Origin: Sporopachydermia quercuum
Taxonomy: Eukaryota
Assembly (NCBI GenBank): GCA_001599295.1
Contig: BCGN01000001.1
Span: 2,418,001-2,480,924 of the forward strand
Reading direction: 5' to 3'
Length of the DNA: 62,924 nucleotides
The notes beneath the pieces are model-generated. The model worked only from the letters and a program-made list of their open reading frames with translations. It made no database searches and was not told the DNA's origin. Each line of letters begins with the position of its first letter. The stretch's first letter is position 1. Made by a program: the position numbers and the translations under genes. Positions 56,134 to 62,924 of this stretch are shown in pieces.

Positions 56134-57819
56134 TTAACTTCTATAATTTAGGTTTACTCTTTGCCTAAGTCTAGCTTTTTTGGTTTCTTGTAACTTGCGA
56201 ATCTCTTCTTCGTTATCAGATTCTAAGCTACTTTCATCTTCACTTGGTTTTCCTAAGTGATTTCTTTCTTCTGATCCTTCTGTATGTAGAGAACTATTGT
56301 CCAGGTCTTCCGACTCCACCATGATTTCAGGTATGGTGAACTTCCGATTGATTTTTTCTGTGGCAAGTAAAAGTTCTGGGGTTCCTTCTTGGTTCCCGTT
56401 GAGGGTACCAGCAGATTCTGATTGGTTCCTGGAAGGTTTGTGGCCACTTTGTCTTCGAAGGGACTTGACAATAGAGGAAGATTTTAAAGATTCGAGGTTG
56501 AGAAAAGAAAACTGTGAGCTGGTTTTCTTTTTCGAAGAATTCATAGGTTCAGTTTCCAGATTAGGGGTCCGTTCCTTCTGCAGCGAAACTCGTCGTGTAT
56601 GTGCTTCGTCAGGTAGTTCTCTTACCCATTGTGATTTGACAACCATATTTGAAGATCTATGTCTTTTCAAAAAGCTTGGTGTGTTTTCATAAACAGACGA
56701 AGATGTGTGAGATATTCCTGTATTTAGATTTTCACTTGAGCTGACTCCAGGCGTACCCGAATCATTGCTAAGATTGGGTGTTTGATTATTCGTGTTCGAT
56801 AAAACATTGTTACGTATTTGAGAGGTTGAAGGGTAACAACGTACTGTTGATATTGGTGATGAGGATGAGGAAGAGGATGATGATAATAAAGCTAAATCTA
56901 GTTTTTCATTTAATTCTCTCAGGTACGTCATTGTGACAGCGGTGAAGTTCGCGATCTGAAACACATCTTGAAGGTCATGGACAATTCTTTCGTTCAAGGA
57001 TTCACTGATTTCAACTAAAGAGTCACATCCTGGTTGACTCTCGTCAATATATGTCGATGCTTTAGCTAATTTGACAAGTCTTAAGATAAGACGCTTTCTC
57101 GAATTGAAATTCGAAGATGAACTTAGGTTTGACACAAAACTCCAATATTCCTCCAGTAAATCACTTATATCATTGTTTGGGGATTTACTAGCTATACGGA
57201 TGAATAGCTGTGTCACTGTCTCCAAGAGAAAGATTTCATGCAAAGGAGAACCTTGCAAGATTGGATGTACTGAAAGCGTGCTGTCAAAAACTTGAAGAGT
57301 GTGAGTTAAAAGTGTAATCAATGACTCATCATAGTCGTCTGTTCGTTTGCTCGATCTACTGTAAATTCTCATCAATATACTCAGAATTGCAATATTGGCT
57401 TTGGCAAAGATATTAATTAGCCTTTCTTCACTGTCACAATTACTCAAAATTCCTGGTACATTTAGATATATACTTTGAGGAGTCTGTTGCTGAAGCACCT
57501 GTTGTAAAGCATAGGGATAATATAAAGATAGAAAAAACTCTTGAATGGATTTCGCAAGAGCTAAATAAAAAAGACATTCATCCTGAGAGAGATTACTCAA
57601 GTCCACACAAGGTTGCTTTAATAATTCAGATGTCTTCTCTGATTGACTTGAATAAAGCAGGAAGTGGATTAATTGATCTGCGTTTGAAAGTAATTGATTT
57701 GATTCACTTTTCACTAATTCTTTTAAAATGATTGGATCAACATTGACTTTTTCAGTATCTGTGTCAAGGACCTGGTGCAAGATATTGCCCTCATCTAGTA
57801 AACTCAAAAGTGCCTCCAT
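56134..57819 (-). CDS. Hypothetical protein, 561 aa (Leu-rich helical N-terminal half, Ser-rich disordered C-terminal half)
   Basis: Long ATG-initiated ORF convergent with HSP90; I recognise no family. Confidence 0.75.
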   Translation of the reverse strand: MEALLSLLDEGNILHQVLDTDTEKVNVDPIILKELVKSESNQLLSNADQLIHFLLYSSQSEKTSELLKQPCVDLSNLSQDECLFYLALAKSIQEFFLSLYYPYALQQVLQQQTPQSIYLNVPGILSNCDSEERLINIFAKANIAILSILMRIYSRSSKRTDDYDESLITLLTHTLQVFDSTLSVHPILQGSPLHEIFLLETVTQLFIRIASKSPNNDISDLLEEYWSFVSNLSSSSNFNSRKRLILRLVKLAKASTYIDESQPGCDSLVEISESLNERIVHDLQDVFQIANFTAVTMTYLRELNEKLDLALLSSSSSSSSSPISTVRCYPSTSQIRNNVLSNTNNQTPNLSNDSGTPGVSSSENLNTGISHTSSSVYENTPSFLKRHRSSNMVVKSQWVRELPDEAHTRRVSLQKERTPNLETEPMNSSKKKTSSQFSFLNLESLKSSSIVKSLRRQSGHKPSRNQSESAGTLNGNQEGTPELLLATEKINRKFTIPEIMVESEDLDNSSLHTEGSEERNHLGKPSEDESSLESDNEEEIRKLQETKKARLRQRVNLNYRS

Positions 57820-59376
57820 TTTTCGTTTCTCTTGTTCATACTAATTGGACAAACGCGCCAAACGAACAAAACAAAACAAAGCAATTTGATTGCCAACACC
57901 TTGACTGTGACAATAATTTTTATATTAATAGTTCACTTTTGTGTTTTTCAAAGACTTAGGACATCCTCCGTGTGTTTCACCTGAGAAATCCATAATCGAA
58001 GCAACCACATGTGTAGTTGATTATTTGCACTTAATTCCCTCAAGAATAAAATAGTAATTAATGACAATTCAATTGTTTATTGGGAGTTGCTATTGCAACT
58101 TCTGCATTTCTCTGATCAAAAGATTATGTAATCTCAAATAAATAGCATTCTGGAGGTGATGAGAAGCGTGATTTGAATAGCCAAACTCTATTTTGCTCAA
58201 TTATCCCATTTCAGGTTTGGCTCATATTCCTTGAATAGATAAAATAGGTTTGAAGATATGGTTTGGTTACTTGTTGTAATAGACAAATCGCCACTATGAG
58301 TGATTCGATTAAAGTAGAATTATAAATAATTCCTTCAATGCATAATAATCAAATCTAAATGAACCCTTACCTATTACCGATTTATGAGTCAGTTGAAACT
58401 AGCAGATACATTTATTGCAATAGAAGTATCACGAATAACAGCTGATATACAAGTTGCAGGTTACTGATTTCTTTCATTTGAACAGTAAATTTTGATTAAG
58501 ACAAGCAAGTGTTCGTTTAAATCATAGATTCTGGGCAAATTTCCCCGAACAGAAATAAAACTGTATCTCCTTCTGTCGAACTAAGCAATATTCACGAGTA
58601 TGGAAAAGAAACGAAATTGATATTACTGCAATCACAGAACACTGGATATACATTAGTTGTATTCATATATATACAGAGAAAAGAGAATGAGGTTAACGTG
58701 ACATTATCCTCCCACTAAGCTGATTGTTCACACTATGCAAATGAAAATATATGTTGGACAATGATTACCTTACACGGAGAAATCAATACACCTCCAAATT
58801 GTAAGCATATGTTACTGAAAAATTAGTGAACATTCACGAGTATATAGACATCTANCAATGATTACTGGACTTTTAACCAACTACTTTTGCCAGTTATTTT
58901 GGTCTAACTAGAAAATTACTTAGAAATGAAATCAATTACAACCGGTAATCAAATCAAATCTGTGTGAAGCTTATTCATAGTTAGCGAGCGATACAGAAAT
59001 AAGGTGAATACTTGATAATCTCATAATTTCATGTTCAAAAGTTTCATCTATGATTAGCGTGGGAATAGCAAATCCTGTAGAATAATCATTAGATTGGCTG
59101 TTCCCAAACTTCTACATGAACCCATTAATTATAACCTCAAGCAGGTTCGAAATTCCACCTTTACACTCTGGCATTACTGTATTTAGTAAATTTCAACTAA
59201 GTATTGAGTTGAAAAATTAATCCTATTCCCCAAACCATAAACCCAAATGTTAGTTATCCCATCTCATGTCGAAGAAGAAGAGTCAGCAACGCTTAGAGTG
59301 ACTGCTCAATATCAGAAGACTCCAGGAACCAGATTACTTGGGGTAAATTAGTATAATAGTCCTACCCAGTAACAGC

Positions 59377-59410
59377 AACACAATGGTCGAACACAATGGT
59401 CGAACACAAT
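59377..59410. repeat. 13-bp tandem repeat AACACAATGGTCG x2.6
   Basis: Two perfect units plus AACACAAT. Confidence 0.9.
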
Positions 59411-61963
59411 AGGCCATATAACTATAGATATCGCATTGTATTAGTAGCGTATTGGTCCATTTTCCATGTTAACAAAAATTGACCAGCTTTGATTTGTTCC
59501 TGAGCAACAAAGATGGAACTTAAAATAGATAGAATACCTAAAATGGCAATGAAGATTGTTTTTAAAAGTGTACGTATCACTCAGTATGTGACCTGGTATA
59601 CCACAGCAATAAGCAATCATGAGACAGGTTCATGGCAATTAAATGCTACCCCATTAGGCAATTGAAATTTAAGGGTTTTTCTCTGTATAAACCCTAAAAA
59701 AATATTCGCAGAATATACCAATAGTACATTCAAGTGTGAGAACAATTGCACCATGGATATTTGAGCAAAAGAGAATGACTATTGAATCATTTTTCACTTT
59801 AATAACATTTTTGTTTTCCTTTTTAATAGAAATTACCCTCTGTGAAAGCTACACTGCAACTTTTATGATATCCATAAGTTAAGATTTATTTCCATTTTAG
59901 CCGTGAGAATTAATAACTTGGGATCAAAAAGTAAGTTAGCAACCATAATTGAAATTTATGTATAATAATTTACTAGATATTCTTAGATTGGAAACTTCAA
60001 TGTCAATGGCCGATACCAACACTGTTCTGGAACACAACTTAATACCTTCGAATGAACCTTAGTGATGAATACTTTATTTTCTTTTCCAGGGGTATAAGTA
60101 TGGATTCTCCTATGCGTTTGGCATTGGAACGCAACAATATCAATTACAATTTACAATTTAAGAGTCCGTTCGATTTCCATTCTTTTACGGCCTATTGAAA
60201 TTGACGACCACCAGAACGTATAATGACGCGAAACTCTTTCTGCTTCCTAAAGGCTTCCATATCGCCTTTGATACTGACTGGAACATGAGTTGCATCAAGT
60301 GTACCCAATCAATTACGCAATAAAGGTGAGCCTTCTACCAAACTACTAATACTTGGAACGGGCAATCTAATCCATTTTGTTACAGATTTTCTGAAGTACA
60401 TGCACATCTCCCGGAATTTTCAGACTCTTCGGATATTATATCTGGTTCAGACTTAATAAATACTTTCTGACATGAATGTAGTACACATTATGATGTATTA
60501 GATTGTGTAATAATAATGAGAAATTTGTATTTATGGGCTCTTTCATGGCCTGACAGCTATCATTCAAAAGTGTGTTTGCTGATAAATGAAGATTATAAAT
60601 GGATTGAATTGAGACTTGATGTAAATATAGTTACCCGTCCTAAGTAAGATTTGATCAGAATGAACAGATAAAATCCCAGAATACCTGAAAATAATAAGAA
60701 AAACAGTAACCGAACAGAGCACGAACCTGCTTAAAGTGTTCAACATAACTTAGCAATTACAACAAGCTGAACTTGATAAATTGACAAAAATACTGGTTGC
60801 TTTGAGCTAGAATATAATTCCTTTTTGTGTGTTCTATTTTTGATGATTCTACAAAAATCTTTGAAGCCTTCCAGGGTTGTTTGACGGCAGTTCAATAGAT
60901 AATTACCCTTTGATAGTAGAAATAATCATTCTGCGTCTTCTCAACTAGAGAAGAATAAATAGTTTACTGGAGGAGTTATTTGGCTGATTCATTAATTGAG
61001 AATCATCAATTAGTTGCTGGAAATTATTACAATTGAAATAGTGCAATACTAGTCATTATAGTTGTTATAGTTGCTAAAGTTGTTGTCCTTCCGATGATTA
61101 TTACTTCTCAACCCTTCGATTAATAATAGAATAGCTCGAAGAGTAGTAATAATTTAGTGGTTATGTATCGTTGCATCGCGGTTTGCAAAAGTAAATGTTT
61201 TCAATATGAGTCCGCTTTGGGTAGTAATCTCTAACTTTCCCCAATTGTTTGCATAATAAATGACTAAATCCCTAAGTAACTACGTCTTAGGTGGTATTCT
61301 ATTTAAACGAATTAGAGTTAACAAAAACTAATTGGCCCAACTTGCTTGTTATGTAGCAACAATAGTGATTCGTCGCAGCCAGATCTAGCTAAACTTAAAA
61401 TGAATTCCCATTAGGGCAATTGGTTTTCTGTTTATCTTTTGAAAAGGGTAGCTCAATGTGTTGCGAAAAAAAAGTGTGTACTTAATCTGTATATTTTCAA
61501 AATGATATACATCCATTATTGGGACAATAAAAAGCTGAACAAATTATAACAATAAAAGTTTATTTGCTTTGTATTAATAAATTGTCGAAGAAGTTAGACA
61601 TCCTGAATTGATTTATGAAAGTTGACAATTGAATTATTTCATTGATTTCAGTGAGGGTAATCATTCTCTAATGTGCCTGCTTTTGTTTATCATTATTTTC
61701 ATTGGTCTATAGATCCAAATTGGGAGACTAGTTTGCTGGTTTGCCAAAAACCTGAACTATAATTAAGTTTCAACGGTTTTATACGTAAGTATTTTAATAA
61801 AGTTGCGGAAAATGGGAATGAAATCTGGTTCTTCATTGCTATTCTTGCTACAAGTGATTTCTCCACCAGAAAGTCTTAACTTTACACATATATAATTTTT
61901 AACGATTATATTGTGACAATAATATAATGCTCCCCACTATGACGAAGCTTCTTTTTCAAATAC

Positions 61964-61983
61964 ATATATATATATATATATAT
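61964..61983. repeat. (AT)10 microsatellite, probable TATA region of the adhesin gene
   Basis: About 200 bp upstream of the ATG at 62181. Confidence 0.85.
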
Positions 61984-62180
61984 GGTGGTAGATGTCACCA
62001 TTGTGCCTGAGATTTCAATAAATGTAGATTTATATATTCTATGCTCTCTAATATTGTAAAGACATTCACTTTCGGCCGTACTAATATAGGGTAGATCTAC
62101 AAATAGATCAACATCCATATAATCACTCACACATACGCATACTCTCTCTACTAGTTTTTCCTAACGTATATCCAACCACA

Positions 62181-62924
62181 ATGTTTGGAAACACAGTACT
62201 GACGTTTGTCAGTATTCTGTTTTTCCTTACGCTTTCTCAGAAATCAACTGCTGTGCCAGTTGCGTCCTCTCTTGAAAAGCGTGGTTCATCATACTATCCA
62301 GAACCTGAGCTACCTAGTATATCTGGTTGCGACTTCATCAACAAATGCCCTAATGTTTTTTTTCCCAACCCTCCCAACAGCGGCTTATTCTTCACTATGA
62401 CACCAGTAGATTATAAGCAAATTCAAGGACAAACATTCGATATCACCATCCGAGTTCAGATGCCTGGTAGTGATCTTACCTTGGCTGATGTCAGAGAATT
62501 GAAATGGGTCACTCCCTCTAAGATGCTTTTCTCTCGTCAAAATTCAAATACTTGTAAAGTGAGCCAGAGCTCAAATGAAGTTTCCACATTGACTGACTTT
62601 GAATCTACTATCACGGTTGACTTAAATGATGATGGTGATAGATGGTGTTTCCCAGAAATCATGCTTCAATACGACTTTCAATATGGTATCTGTCCTAACG
62701 GTGATGTTGATGAGACTCCGCTTCAAGCAACTGGAACAGCTTCAGGCGATCCTTCTTTAAACTGTAACGCTGATAATATGAACAAAGGTCAAAAGAATTC
62801 TCCGCAATACTGCATTCCAAAGAGTTGCGGTACCACAGCTCCATCCAGCTCTGTGCCAGCTTTTTCTGCCTCTAGTGCAGCACCAGCTGAACCATCCAGT
62901 GCAGCACCATCTAGTGCAGCACCA
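62181..62924 (+). CDS. FLO11: Flo11-domain cell-wall adhesin/flocculin; 3'-partial and not in the ORF track
   Basis: Open for 248 codons to the window end. Signal peptide MFGNTVLTFVSILFFLTLS.., LEKR, then CPN..FTMTPVDYKQIQGQTFDITIRVQ..LKWV..LFSRQN..TDFESTITV..WCFPEIMLQYDF..CNADN..PQYCIPKSC, which follows the Flo11 A-domain pattern. SSAAP repeats follow. Confidence 0.78.
   Translation, partial: MFGNTVLTFVSILFFLTLSQKSTAVPVASSLEKRGSSYYPEPELPSISGCDFINKCPNVFFPNPPNSGLFFTMTPVDYKQIQGQTFDITIRVQMPGSDLTLADVRELKWVTPSKMLFSRQNSNTCKVSQSSNEVSTLTDFESTITVDLNDDGDRWCFPEIMLQYDFQYGICPNGDVDETPLQATGTASGDPSLNCNADNMNKGQKNSPQYCIPKSCGTTAPSSSVPAFSASSAAPAEPSSAAPSSAAP
62871..62924 (+). repeat. Start of coding minisatellite TCYAGTGCAGCACCA (SSAAP)
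   Basis: Three 15-bp units at 62871, 62895 and 62910; runs off the window end. Confidence 0.85.

Noticed and set aside
59144..59156. GGTTCGAAATTCC as a tRNA T-loop or B-box
   Set aside because: Imperfect match, with no A-box or cloverleaf stems around it.
59377..59410. CRISPR-like array
   Set aside because: Eukaryotic sequence; the repeats are contiguous and have no spacers.
62206..62400. 64-aa ORF in the track
   Set aside because: Out-of-frame overlap with the adhesin ORF that starts at ATG 62181.

Overview
AT-rich, gene-dense chromosome segment of a budding yeast (Saccharomycotina). It uses the standard nuclear code (CTG at conserved Leu positions) and has short spliceosomal introns. I can support 23 protein-coding genes, in order: partial GPB1/GPB2-type kelch protein, vezatin/Inp2-like protein, QRI1, POL3, HLJ1 (intron), GPI-type aspartyl protease, VAN1 (intron), PRM15/PGM3 (intron), a hAT transposase-derived BED-finger gene, FCP1, NRM1 (intron), LRO1, ATG3, RAD14 (intron), VPS27, ROT1, an orphan GT25-like type II membrane glycosyltransferase, AIM34-like SAP protein, a mitochondrial J protein, an aldo-keto reductase, HSP90, an unassigned 561-aa protein, and a partial Flo11-domain adhesin. 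The adhesin is absent from the ORF track and lies behind a 4.36-kb intergenic region. The most interesting items are: (1) an intact but catalytically degenerate hAT transposase ORF between FCP1 and PRM15, a candidate independent domestication; (2) the GT25-like orphan; (3) the divergent Flo11 adhesin and its large promoter; (4) helically phased TGCAT arrays and repeated WOPR-like motifs in promoters. No tRNA, rRNA or CRISPR array was recognised. All assignments come from reading motifs by eye and from recalled family knowledge, not from database searches.
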